64,000 nt of DNA. Origin: the human T2T-CHM13v2.0 reference genome, Homo sapiens. The DNA is taken from the NCBI RefSeq assembly GCF_009914755.1, contig NC_060930.1; one strand, given 5' to 3'. This document shows, piece after piece, positions 46,978 through 61,843 of the stretch (positions are counted from its first letter, which is position 1; each line of letters starts with the position of its first letter). Below the pieces are notes generated by a model that searched no databases, was not told the origin of the DNA, and was given only the letters and a program-made list of their open reading frames with translations. The translations under genes were made by a program, and so were the position numbers.

Positions 46978-49455
46978 ATTACTCCCCAACTACTACTTTT
47001 CTGTCTCTATTATATACTTGTAATATTCTTATAATACTATAATATTGCAACAGAACTTAACACATCTCATTGAACTTGTCTCCTTCTAGTCTGTGAAATT
47101 CTGAGAGTAGAGATCATGTCCAATCTGTTTCCCCAGTACTTGACACATAAAAGTGCTCAAAACATGTCATTGTTCTTGAGTAGATGATACAGAGTTTAAG
47201 AGCTCATAAGGGAACTGAATGAAACATGTAATAATAATCATCTCTAAATTGGAGATGTCAGATTAATAGGTCTTGTACTTCTCTCCTTCCTAAAAATCCC
47301 ATGTACCATTTGTCCTGACATCTGAGTTATGGATTTAGAATGGAGGATTCAACTGGAAGAGAACTGCAAGATGTTGCAACTGAAAAAAGGGTATGTGACT
47401 TATCTAACTCTTTCTTACATAAGCCTTGTAAAATATACCTTTGTGAGGGGGTTGTATACAGATATTTTTTGTACTATTTTTATTTTTGCAACTTATCTGT
47501 TAGTTTGAAATTATTTCCAAATAAAAATATATGTTTGAATGTCCTCCACTTAGCTGGGCCAGGGATAGCACAGTGCCTGCTTCATGATGGAAGCAGGCAT
47601 TGTGAGTCTACTCAACTTGCTGAAAAAACTTGGAGGTGACTGCTGCTAAGAGAGTTAGAAAATACTGATCGTAGTAACATACTGATGAGGAGAGACCACG
47701 TTTATTCATTTAATCAGACTGCAGAAACTGTTAAGCTCCACATGGCAGAAGCTGTATCTGTTTGATTAGCCACTAGATATTAGTGCCTTCTAATTTAAAA
47801 CTAAGTGACCTTTAATTGAATAATAGCAACATTTTACATATTCACTGCAAACAAATAGTGAGAAAATACAAGGGTGTTAACTGCTATAATTATATAATAC
47901 CCATATTCACACAAAAGTATAACACAGAAAATGGTCCTTATCCTTAGTTGTTAAATTCATGGGAAAAATCACATGGCAAACACCTAAAGATGTTCTAAGT
48001 AATTTAAATATCCAGAGAATTAATACAACTTATTTGAAATATAATTCTTGAAAATGTCAGCTCACTTATATAACAGGCATTTTTTTTTTCTCAACATGAA
48101 TTCCAATTCAAATGTTTTCTACTGGCTAATTATTTTGGTCCTTACATTTTAATATCATGCCTAGGTATCACAGACTCTAAAACTGCAACGCTGATAGAAG
48201 CGTTCTGTAGACAGACTGCAATAAAGAATAACTACCCTTTATTTTCTCAAATAATGACCTATTTTATGAATATAATAGGCAAGCATATTAACAAAAAGAA
48301 TTTTGTGTTGATTATATCACATTAAATAATGTGTTGTTGGAAAGAAAATAAATATGTAGTTTGTTCAGTAGCCCCACTTTATTACGAATCTCACAACTTT
48401 ATTCATATGAATTTTCTCCTTTCACAAGTAGTATATGAATGTACTATTCTATATTCTGAGTATTAATGGAGGAAAAAAAAACTGTAGAGCTGGAAACAAG
48501 GTCACATTTTACTGATGGATTCCTGCTATAGTGATGGGGCCTTTGCAGCTAGCATCTATGAGTCATTTACTTACGACAGCTTCATATACAGTTCTTCTAA
48601 CTTGACATTTTTTCCATTCTCAGTAAAAAAGAAAATCTTGATATAATTGAGAACTGGATTGGAAACAGAACCTATTTGTATTTTAAATAACTATTTTAAC
48701 TGGCCAGGAATGTCATATGTGGAAGGTGTCTCCCTACCTCATTAATAAATTAACTGATATCATTGTAGGTAACATCTGTTTCTCCTCTACTAAGAGGACT
48801 CACAGTTTTGTTCATGTATTCACCTCCTCCCCATTCAGCCTATAATTTTCAAGACAAGCTGATTCCATTTATGTCTGCAATAGGATATTTTTGGCTCCCG
48901 AAATACCAAGCCCTAATCAGATTAGCTTAAATAATAAAGGGTTTTATAGGACCATGTAAATGATATAGCTCTGAGGTAAGATAACATTTAGGGATGGGAC
49001 CATCCTGGAGGAAAAGCACAAGGTAGCTCCTTCTAAATAGAAGCAAGCAAACTAAAGGACTCATTCCACCCCCCAGGACAAGGAGTACTCACTATATCTC
49101 TGGCTAGGTTTTGATATATTCACTGTGTATTTACTACCACTGTTCTCTACTCCACTTATGAGTTTTATTACTTTTATCCTGTTCCTTCTCCATAACTGTT
49201 TATTGAGAATGAAGGTAAACATCTAGCATAGGTTACTGGTTTGCAAGGAGGTAGTTCTCTCATTGAAGCTTTGTAAAGTGTTAAGTTAAATTATACATAA
49301 TAAATTGCAATATAACTTGAATGCAAAACAACACTGTCCACTTTTAGACCTTGTAGAATTTATTTAGTGAAATCACCAGGAAATAATATGTTCCTAAATC
49401 TACAAGTTTATCTTTAGAACCACAAATAAGCTATCATTACTCAAGATTCCCATCA

Positions 49456-49653
<198 letters not shown>

Positions 49654-50265
49654 CTAAACAGTCAGAAAGTAAAGATAAATCATTGTTTATTACTAGATAA
49701 TGACTATAAAAACCCTGGAAGACAATCTAGGCAATACCATTCAGAACATACTAATGGGCAAAGACTTCATGATGAAGATGCCAAAAGCAATTACAACAAA
49801 AGCAAAAATTGACAAATGAGATATAATTAAACTAAAAAGCATCTGCACTGAAAAGGATACTATCAACACAGTAAACAGATAACCTACAGAATGGGAGAAA
49901 ACTTTTGCAAACTGTGAATCTGACAAAGGTCTAATACCTGCATCTATAAAAAACTTAAACAAATTTACAAAAAAACATTAAAAAGCAGGCAAAAGACATG
50001 AACAGACACTTTCCAAAAAAGACATACATGTGGCCAACAATCGTATTTTTAAAAAGCTCCAAATCACTGATTGTTAGAGAAATGCAAATAAAAACCCCAA
50101 TGAGACACCATTTCACACCAGTCAGAATGGCTATTATTAAAAAGTCAAAAAATAACAGATGCTAGCAAGGTTGTGGAGAAAATGGAACGTTTATACAGTG
50201 TTGGTGAGAGTGTAAATTAGTTCAACCATTGTAGACGACAGTGTGGTGATTCCGCACAGACCTCA

Positions 50266-50651
<386 letters not shown>

Positions 50652-51299
50652 TACACATTCACATGTATGTTCATTGTAGCACTATTCACCACAGCAAAGA
50701 CATGGAATCAACCTAAATGCCCATCAGTGATAGACTGGATAAAGAAAATGTGATACACACACACTAAAGAATACTATGCAGCCAGAAAAAAAGAATGAGA
50801 TCGTGTCCTTTGCAGGAACATGGATGAAGCTGGAAGCCATTACCCTTAGCAAACTAATACAGGAACAGAAAACCAAATACCACATGTTCTTTCTTATAAT
50901 TGGGAGCTAAATTATGAGAACACATGGACACAAACAAGGCAAAGAGGGAAACAACACACACTGGGGCCTATCAGAGGGTAGAGGAGCAGGAGGAGGGAGG
51001 TCAGAAAAACAACTAATGGGTACTAGGCTTAACAACACAAGTTTACCTATATAACAAATCTACACATGTACCCCTGAACTTAAAATAAAAGTTAAAAAAA
51101 CAAACAAAAAATAATATTTTTTTGAATACTAAAAGAATGTTTCCTCAAATGTTGGGGGGTCTTCCTAATGTAATGCCTACAGATATCAGAAACTTTTAAA
51201 TTTAATATTCATCGTTACATTATTTCCCTCAGAGAACTTTGTTCTGATTATTTACATTTTTCATCAAATTTTCTGAAAACAATAACTCAATCCCTAATT

Positions 51300-51640
51300 T
51301 TTAGTGTTTGCTGATTTTTATGTTGTGAATATTCCAACCATAGCCAATTTCACCCTATTAACATGACATTACTAAATGCAAAGCAGAAAAAAAGACACAC
51401 AATAGCCACACAATTATACAGTATCACTACCATATAGAAAAAATAGATGGAAATAACCTAAAAAGCAGATAATAAAATATATAAATATAGGGAGTGATAA
51501 GTTTTTAGTACTTATCACTTTTGGTTTTAGGCAATAGTAAAAGGTCTACTCTCTAGAATCTACAAGGAACTTAAACAAATGAGACACCATTTCACACCAT
51601 GAAAAACAACTGGCTTTTGAAATTCTTAAAAATTTAATTC
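51300..51640 (+). mobile_element. MER63-like hAT DNA transposon fragment, disrupted by an L1-derived filler
   Basis: TTCCAACCATAGCCAATTTCA...AAATAACCT...GAGTGATAAGTTTTTAGTA; resumes as AACAACTGGCT...AAATTCTTAAAAATTTAA. Confidence 0.6.
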
Positions 51641-52646
51641 CTGGAGGCCTCATTATTCCTTAGTGGTTCTAGCAATCCTGCCTACATATCTGTAAGTAGT
51701 CCCTCCATTAAATTTTCTTCAAAATCCTAGCTGAGATTTGGTTTCTCTTGAGACCCTGACATTGCCCTAGTTAAGGTCTTCGTTGTTTCTCATTGTTTTT
51801 CTTCACCGTACTGCTTGAATCTAGTTGCAGCTCTCCTCCATCCACTTCAGAGAGTGATTTTACTAGAAAGTGAATGGCACTGTGCTTCTGAAACAAACAT
51901 AAGTTTTAAGGATCAACAAATATAAGTTTCTGGGTTTCTTGTAACAAGTGAGGTGCCCTCTTTGTCCATATTTTAGTTATAGTAATTTTATACTATAGTT
52001 ATAGTATAGTATAAAGTTATAGTAATTTAGTTATAGTAATTTTCATACTATGTACGAAATAGTAATAATTTACATAGTAAATTTCATACGATGTAATTAC
52101 AAGTAAGTAAATCTCTCTTTGTTAGGAGATTGTAACCTCGAGGACAAAATTGTATCCTACTCAACTCAGAGCCTAGCATCTGGTAGATGATCAATACATA
52201 TGTAGTAGAGAAGGCTTTTCATATAAAATTATTACAATGTACTTTCTAGTCAAATTTTTTTGTATTATCATTCTATGGAAAATGTCAGTGTAATTTATCT
52301 CCTGCAAACTATTTTCCTGTCTAAGTCTAATATTCTGTGACTAAGTAACATATTAGTAGAGAGTTAAAAAAAGACAACAAAAATAAACGAAAATAACCTT
52401 ACTTATGAATTGAGTTTATATTGCTATTTGATTTCTTTTTCAAAACACTTTTCACCAATCCCATGTGGGCTATCTTTCCCACAAAATATTAGTCAAATCT
52501 CAATAAAGAGTACAATAAGATCTTTGAAAGTAATCTTCATAGTTCCAGAGGCATAATCAGTTTTAGTTCTGAACTGACACTTTTAAAAGTCTGAAAGATT
52601 AATTATATTTTATTTTTATTTCTATCATAATTAATTGGACTATATG

Positions 52647-53050
52647 TGTTATGGTTAATACTCCATGTCAACTTGGTTGAAGGATACAAAGTATTGACCC
52701 TGAGTGTGTCTGTGAGGGTGTTGTCAAAGGAGATTAACATTTGAATCAGTGGGCTAGGAAAGGGCTAGACCCACCCTTAATCTGGGTGGGCACCATCTAA
52801 TCAGCTGCCAGGCGTGGCTAGAATATAAGCAGGCAAAAAAATGTGAATAGAGAGACTGATCTAACCTCCAAGCCTACATCTTTCTCCCGTGGTGGATGCT
52901 TCCTGCCCTTGAACATTGGACTCCAAATACTTCAGTTTGGGAACTCGGACTGGCTCTCCTTGCTCCTCAGCCTGCAGAAGACCTATTGTGGGACCTTGTG
53001 ATCATGTGAGTTAACACTTAATAAACTCCCCCTTACATATATATATATAA
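52647..53050 (+). mobile_element. MLT2A (HERV-L) LTR, truncated at its (TA)n tract
   Basis: TGTTATGGTTAATACT...GTGTCTGTGAGGGTG...ACCCACCCTTAATCTGGGTGGGCACC...TTAATAAACTCCCC. Confidence 0.88.
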
Positions 53051-54154
53051 AGGCTGAGGGAGAGAAGGCAGGGTGGCAGGAGTGGAGACCATGGGCATTT
53101 GAGCTACTTTCTCATGTAACTTACTTGTGCCTTCAGGACCTGCTCAAGCTGGACCACATATATACCACTTCCATTTGATGATGGAATGCTGCTGTGCAAG
53201 ACCCACTTTATAGTTAGATGGGTCAGAAAGCACCCAGTTCATGATAGGCAGTTCTGGTCGCATGGTGACTTGATGACCCATAGTCAAACATTCAGTTTCC
53301 ACCAAAGTCCAGTAACAGGCCAAGAGCTGTCTCTCAAAAGGAGAGTAGTTATCTGCAGAAGATGGCAGGCCCTTCCTCCAAAATCTTAGAGGCCTCTGCT
53401 GTGACTCACCTATGGGGGCCTGCCAAAGGCTCCAAACATCATTGCTATCTGCCACTGACACCTCAAGCACCATTGGATCTGCTGGGTCATATGGCCCAAG
53501 TGGCAGAGTAGCTTGCACAGCAGCCTGGACCTGTTGCAGAGCCTTCTCCTATTCTGGACCCCACTCAAAACTGGCAGTCTTTTGGGTCACTCGATAAATA
53601 GGCCAGAGTAACACAGAGTAACACATTCCAAATGAGGAATGTGTTGCTTCCAAAAATCCAAATAGGCCCACTAGGCATTGTTCCTCTTTCTTGGTTTTAG
53701 TAGGAGACAAATTCATTAATTTATCCTTCTAAGATTATCCTTAGAAGGAATATCTCAACAGGTCCCACACCACTGGACCCCTTACTGAGGGAGAAGGTCC
53801 CTGAATTTTAGTCAGATTTATTTCCCATCCTCTGGCATGCAACTGTCTCACCAATAAGTCCAGTATGTTTGCTACTTCTTGCTCACTGGATTTAATCAGT
53901 ATAATGTCATCAATTAATGGACCAGTGTGATATCTTGCAGAAGTGAAAAGTGATCAAGGTCTCTCCGAATAAGATTATGACAAAGCCAGAGAGTTAATAA
54001 ACCCCTGCAGTAGGACAGTAAAGGTATATTGCTGGCCTTGCCAGCTGAAGGCAAATTGCTTCTGGTGGGCCTTATGGGCAGGAATGGAGAGAAAGGCATT
54101 TGCCAAGTCAGTGGCTACATACCAGTTACCAGGAGATGTATTAATTTGCTCAAT
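53051..54154 (-). pseudogene. HERV-L pol fragment (RT and RNase H-like/connection region), degenerate
   Basis: Track ORFs 53975..54166 (EQINTSPGNWYVATDLANAFLSIP) and 53144..53518 (LPLGPYDPADPMVLEVSVAD...NYSPFERQLLACYW); YIDD motif broken by a frameshift near 53915. Confidence 0.88.
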
Positions 54155-54196
54155 GTCTGTCATCATTTTACTACATTTTCTAAATGTAAGTGACTA

Positions 54197-54394
<198 letters not shown>

Positions 54395-54518
54395 TTAAAA
54401 ATATATCAGTAGTTAGATACTAATTTTCCAAAGGGAAGATATAAAAACTAATTTATTCACAGCAAATCTTTCAAGTTTATTTAAAAGCACCTAATTTGTT
54501 TACTTGTATTTTGGGTTG

Positions 54519-54678
54519 TTTTTTTTTTCCAATTTTTATTTTACATTCAGGGGTTAATGTGCAGGCTTGTTACATAGTTAAACACGTGCCATGGTAAACA
54601 GCTGCATAGATCACCCCATCACCTAGGTATTAAGCCCAGCATCCATTAGCTATTCTTTGTGATGATCTCCCTACTCTC
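54519..54678 (-). mobile_element. Short L1PA 3' end in intron 10, sense to MMUT
   Basis: T-tract, ATGTGCAGGCTTGTTACATAG...CACCTAGGTATTAAGCCCAGCATCCATTAGCTATT. Confidence 0.8.
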
Positions 54679-55868
54679 GTCCATATTTTGTTAATGCATC
54701 TATTTTACATTGAGAGCTCCATTAAAGCCATTTCCCCCTTAGAGGAAAGTCTGAAAGATGGCACAGACTGTAAGCACATAACACTGAGAACATCACGGTG
54801 AACTAAGACAAAAAATGACAACCTCCCACCTTCGTGAGCCAGGGTACAGAGTACAACATGCAGAAAGATTGAAATATAAACTAAAAAGTGACTTCATGGT
54901 CATTTATACATATATGTGATAGACTGGCTGCTTTGAATTGTCCATATCTCATCTACCCTTCATAAGTGTGAACTCTCCCAAGGTAACAGCAATATGGTTT
55001 CTTATCATGCTATATAAATCAAAATGCTTGCTTGCTCCACTGACAAATTTACTTCCAACACAAAAAAGCACTTATCTTTGTTAAAAGAAAAAAGTTCCAT
55101 TTTGATGACTTTCACCTTGGCTGTTTTGATATTTATCTAGTGTACAAGTATGGAAATTCAGTTTTTAATTGGAAGCTTGTTACAGAGGTTGGAAAGACCA
55201 ATCATCAAAAAGCTAGTTCTTACACTTGAGAAATATGATCACATTAATATATATTTCCAAGTCATGCTGTGGAAATAAATGTAAGTTATTATCAGTTCAA
55301 TAAATACTGATTGTAATGTATGCATAGATGCCAACTAAATGTTTACTTTCAATTATGAAAATTAAGATTTTATAATTATTCAAGCAATGAAAAATGTAAA
55401 CAACTTCAAAAAATATGAAACTCTACCATAGTAAGCAGATTGAAATATAAATACCTGGAGGATATGAAGCAATATCATTGTTAGTTAAACATCTGTTTGA
55501 CATGAGAAACTCCTGAAGGGGACTATGGTGAAAGTTCAAAATAGTATTAATTATATGAAAACTAATATTAGTTTCAATATTTGATATTTATTATTAAATA
55601 TTATCATGTACCTATTAAAATGATAGTATAGATATATAATATGTATCATGTATGATATATTTCTAATTATATATTATATGTAATGAATAAATTATATACT
55701 CTATTATATGTTATATAGTCTATATAATTAATATTTAATTTACTATTTATTATTATAAAATTCAAAAATTTTCTCAGTTGTATGTAAGGAAATTAAGCTC
55801 CCAGTAGATTCAAGGGGATTGTGCTAACAGAAAAGATGAAATTCTGGCCTAAGAAACCTTACATATTA

Positions 55869-56141
<273 letters not shown>

Positions 56142-56369
56142 TTATGAAAGCATCTCTTCTGAAATTACTTAAGAAAAATTTATTCTGGATGCCTTTATGC
56201 ATCCAATTCTCTTTTCAACATTTGTCAACCAAGAAATGACTGAATGACCTAATAATTATATATATAGACAAGTACCTGAAGGTTGCTGAATAATTCACCA
56301 CTTAACACAAATGGATAAACAGCAACACTCCCATAAATATTTTTTGATAAGAAGTAAATCTTTTAGCAT

Positions 56370-56965
56370 ATTCCATCCATTTGTTCACTAACTCATCCAA
56401 CATTAGCTGTGTGCCTAATATGTGCCAGATATTACTATATCTCTATATCTACTATAGCGATACAGTAATAAATGAGACCAAAGAAAAAGTACTTGTTCTT
56501 ATAGACATTAACATCTGTAACATCTAGTCAGAGGATGCAGATGATAAATAACTAAATAAATAAACTAGTAAGACAATTTCATAAGGTAATAAGTACTACA
56601 AAGACACTAAACCACGCAAAGATGGAATGGGCTGTCTGGAAGAACCATTTTAAAGTTATTGAAGATGTGAAGATATGACTTTTGAACTAAGATATAAATT
56701 ATAAAAAGGGGGATCCCAAGGGAACATAAAACAGTAAGAGTGTTTGAAAAAGGAAGCACTAAAAGCAAAGGCTCTGAGATGTAGGAAAATATGTTTTATG
56801 TTCTAAAAATAGAAAGAAGGGCATTAGGAACACGGCATAGTGAGGAAAGTGGTATAAGATGAGGTCAGAGAGATGGGCAAGAGTCACATCTAGCACATCT
56901 TGCAGACTATCGGAAGATTAGGTTTGAATATAAAAGGAATGGGCAACCATCAAAGGACTTTAATA
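56370..56965 (-). mobile_element. L2 fragment
   Basis: CATCCATTTGTTCAC...TATGTGCCAG terminal motif and GATGAGGTCAGAGAG; boundaries approximate. Confidence 0.55.
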
Positions 56966-57127
56966 AAAGTCATCTAATTTTTTTAATGAAATTAGTAGTA
57001 GAAAAAAACAGTACATACAAGTTATACTATACCTTAACCAGTTAAAGCAACATATTTTTTTAAAACTTCATTATATTAAGAAATAAACACTTAAAAGCAA
57101 AAGTAATCATTTAATGATACTGCCATA

Positions 57128-57639
57128 TATTGGGAGAAAATTTTCCATGGGTCACTTGCTTTTCTGCACATCCTGTGGAGCAAAGCACTGACACCTCTTT
57201 ATTCTGGACTATCTTTTCAAAGATGTCTGTATAGTGAATCGCCTTAGAAGACAGAAATATTGGCTACCTCCAGAGCAAAGAGTAGGTTTGCTTTCTGTCC
57301 AATATAATAATGTCTTCCTCTAGAAAAATGGAGGACATGCTTATTACCCATTACAAAAGATTCCGAATCCCTAAGCTCAGGCTTCCTCTCCTTGAATGTA
57401 ACCCAATGCACTGTACATGAGGTATCATCTAGCAGTCCTTTTCACATCACTCACATCAATTGGGCATCAAAGGAACTAGCCCAAAACCTGCTGATGTTAT
57501 GGCTATTAATATTGTAGTAACAAACTGTCATTAGGTTCTGATCCAGGGATCTCATATCATCAACCAACACCCCACTATACAGGATAACTTGTTAGCTTGC
57601 AAGAAGGGTAATATTTCAGACTCCTTCTGGTTCTTAATA
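57128..57639 (+). mobile_element. LTR40-like ERVL solo LTR in intron 9
   Basis: TTGGGAGAAAATTTTCCATGGGTC...TTCTGGACTATCTTTTCAAAGATG...AAGCTCAGG...CAGACTCCTT resembles recalled LTR40. Confidence 0.6.
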
Positions 57640-58667
57640 TAATAAATTTATTTATATATGATACATATAATGAGATAATTTTTAAATAACAACAAATAGA
57701 AAAATAATAAAAATTAACACATTAAGTGCCATATTCTGTTCCAGGAACTATTTTTAATGATTTAATGTCTTCTCACAAAAATCCTATTAGGTAGTAAGTA
57801 CAAAAAACTTTACCTTGCCAAATATCGTGTCTATGGGAACACTGAAGCAGATATAACATGAGATTAGATTCTGTTTTTCACTCAGCCTTTTTTAAATGCA
57901 GGATGACAAAAGTTAGGAGACAAAGGAGCATGTTAAGGGTTACAAAGGCAAAACGTCTCAAGAAGGAAGAGGTGGTCAATAATGTTAAATACTGTAGAGA
58001 ATTCAAGATAAGGACTAAAAATTATTCACAATATCAGACAAAGAGGAGGTCTCTAGTGAACTTAGTAAGAGCAATTATATTACAGTAGAAAATCAAATGC
58101 AGTAGACCAAAATGTCAAAAGGAGATAAAAGACTAGTAACAATTAATAAGTATTCTACTCCTAAAGGAACACATGGCTCCAATAACAAGGGAAGGACTGG
58201 GAGGGGGGTGTGGGGAAGTTGGTTGCTCTTCCGGTTGCTTCATGGTTAAAACTAATTCAAAAGCAATGGGATGACAAGTTTTTCCTATAAATTCTCAGAT
58301 TAATGTTCCCCTCCCCACCCCACAGCCATTTTAACTGGTAAAATACCAAGGTAATAGGCATAAACCTGGTGATATACTTGAGAGTCCAACACATTTCAAC
58401 CTGCGAATCAGTGAAATGGATTCATTTCAATAGTTTCAAAATTCCTCAGCCACAGTAAAATACACAATTATTAATACAGTTCACTCAAAACATGAATGTT
58501 TTAAATACAGAAATTTTAAAATGATAAGAATTAAATTTACGATGGATGCCATTATTTTCTTTTGGGCTCACATGGTTTACAGGATCAACCTTTTATTTAA
58601 GTATACTCTGAAAAGCTAAACTGGTCAACTTTTAGTCTTTGGAAACCTCCAAACTTATATATCTTCA

Positions 58668-58784
<117 letters not shown>

Positions 58785-59495
58785 CTATGGAAAAAGTCAA
58801 GGAAAGGGACAATTTACATGAAGAGAGAATAAAACAGAGATCAAGAGATTAGACCCTGATGCATAGCATATGGCATTTTTTTCCATAATCCTAACTCCAA
58901 ATTTAAGAGGAAAAAATTGAAAAGAATAATATATAACCTAGGAATTTTATTCATTCAATTCATTCATTCACTCAGGATTTCCTAAAATAATATTACATTT
59001 GGTATAATCCTAACAAATCAGAAACATGAAGGGCAATAATAGTGCTGACCTTCCCAAGTAGCACATGTTACTTAGGCTTTTCTAAAGTACCAAGACATTG
59101 TAAACAAGTGGGTCTTTCATATGAAGTATTTTGAAGGAACACTAAAGATTAATAGTGACAAGAAAAAAAATCAAAACTTAGAGAATATTTTAGTTATATT
59201 TTAAGTTTCCTTTAGATAAATAACAATGTATTGATAATAATATGCATATTGCTATACTTTTATTTAAAAATAATCTCGAGAGCGAAAGAGGGACTAAGAA
59301 AAAGATATACAATGAAAAGCACAGTAAAAAAGTTTTCCCTGGGTCCTAACTCTGCTCTGCCAATAATTTGTCAAAATAAAGTTGCATAAATCCATTTTTT
59401 TACAAATTGTACCACCTGTAAAAGAGTCTAAAATATACTGCTCAAGATGCCACTAGTATTATATAGCATATATAAGCAGAGGTACAGAAAATTTA

Positions 59496-59847
59496 TAGTC
59501 ATCCCTCAGTATCTGTGAGTGATTGGTTTCATGACCCACTGCCCACCCTATCCACAGATAGCAAAATTCAGGGATGTTCAAGGCCCTTATATAAAATGAT
59601 GTAGTGTTTGCATATAACCTATGTACATTTTCTTGTATACTTTAAATCATCTCTAGATTACTTATAATTCCTAATACAATGTAAATACTATATAAATAGT
59701 TGTTATAGTGTATGGTTTAGGAAATAACAAGAAAAAAGTCTGTACATATTCAGTACAGACATATCCATTCTTTTTTTCTCAAATATCTTCAATTCATTAT
59801 TGGTTAAATCTATAGATGTGGAACCCACAGATATGGAGGTCCAACTA
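59496..59847 (+). mobile_element. MER2 (Tigger-family) DNA transposon
   Basis: TIR-like AGTCATCCCTCAGTATCTGTG / CACAGATATGGAGGTCCAACT with TA flanks; TTTAAATCATCTCTAGATTACTTATAAT core. Confidence 0.85.
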
Positions 59848-60504
59848 TATTTAGAGCAAGAAAAAACTCAACTCCAAATTCTCCATAAAAATGCCCATTT
59901 TTCTTTATCTTTTATTGGAGAAAGAAACAATAAACACATACAATTTAAGAGAAAAATAAAGTAAATCGAGTAAATAACGAAGTGATTTGGCACAAGGTAG
60001 TAGGGTGCTATTGTAGATATTGGATCACTGTAAGCTTCTTAGATAAGGTGACATTTGAGCAAAGACCTAAGAAGTACACCTTTTCTGGTTTACTAGAAAA
60101 TTAGTCATCCTTAGATTAGGTAGTTTGCTATAATTATCTCAACAACAGATTACTAAAATTCAGGGAGTGAAAACAGATGCTAAAATTAATTAGGGCTGAC
60201 GGTTACAGAAAAATAATTTAATATAAAATTACTGTTGAGATAGTTCACATTTTTAAAAAAATTACCACCACAGGTAAAATATTGTTAAAACCATAGGTAA
60301 AAGGAAAGCGTAAGAAAATATAAACTTGAGTTCATTACTAAAGAGAGCTCAGAGTATTGCAGCAGAAATATATTTTGCTATAAAAATATCTGATTCTAGC
60401 TATGAAAATTAATTTTTGTAATAGAAGAACTTTGATTTGGTCATGGTCCTAAGAAAGTTCAAAACTAGGAAAAAGTTACATCAGAATATCCATTTCTCCT
60501 AAAC

Positions 60505-60740
60505 TGGCTCTAGAGTCAAAAAGCCTGCATTCAAATCCCAGCTTTGTCACTTATACTATAAACTTGAGCAACTAAATGAGACTCTCCAATCATTAGTTCC
60601 CTCATCTGTAAATGGAAATAAAAATAGTAACTACCTGTTAAATAAAACAATACACAAAAACAACAATTCAAGAAAAGGATTTAGTACAGTATGGGTACAC
60701 AGTAAGTGCTCAATAAATGTTAACTATTATTGCTATATTG
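60505..60740 (+). mobile_element. MIR
   Basis: TTCAAATCCCAGCTTTGTCACTTA...TTCCCTCATCTGTAAATGG...GTAAGTGCTCAATAAATG. Confidence 0.7.
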
Positions 60741-61669
60741 TCATTAATGAATTTCTCTCTGTTGCCCAAAATAAGGCTTATCATTATTTATGATAAATGA
60801 AATCCTTCAGGCTATGAAGATATAAAGTTAATAACCTAAAGTATAACAGAAAAGAAAGGGTTTTCCAAAAATAAATACTATTAGATTTTTATAGATTGAA
60901 CTAAAAAAAAAGCCATACATTAAACAATCTCAGGAAAAGTAAACAAAGAAAACCATTAAATGTATAAGCTCCCTACCTTGGAAACAGCAGTACTTACAAA
61001 TGCCAAAGATTAAGAGGCCAAAGTAGCTTCATACAACAAAAATATATAGGTTACAACAGTGACAATTAATTTGATTTATCTATTTTAGTATTTCATATGC
61101 TCTGGATCAACTCAGTGACAAACTAAAAATAAGAAGGGAATACGATACTCTAGTTTCAATCAAAATAAATAAAGTTTATTGTAAACTGTACCTTACTAAA
61201 GCACTACCAAATATAGTTGAATTTTAAAAATCAAAAAGCAAGTAATTATTTCAAAGTAGTATCAGATGCCATCATTCTGGTGAAAGAAATTACAATAAGA
61301 AGCCCTGGGTTCAAATAATAACTCTAAACTTTATTCTGTTTTTAATTTTTAGTAAGTTACATAATCATCTAAGCCTTGGTTTTAATCTATAAATTATGGA
61401 AGGTATTATTATTGTAGTGTGGTTTTTAATAACAACTTATAAGTTTCACAGAGGTAGATATCATGGTTTAAAACAAGTTTTTGGTGTCAACAGACTAAGA
61501 CTGAGTCCTGGTTGTCTATTTATCCTGAGCAAGTTTCTCAATGCCTTATCTTTAGTTCCCTTACATTTGAAATGATGGAAATTAATACACACCTCATGCT
61601 GTTGTAAGGATTAATTTAAGCAGGACAGTTTAAAAGCTTAGCCAGAGCCCAGAACACAGAAAATACTTA

Positions 61670-61843
<174 letters not shown>

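Noticed and set aside
55560-55770. Extremely AT-rich tract as an origin or matrix attachment region
   Set aside because: Low complexity alone does not support a function
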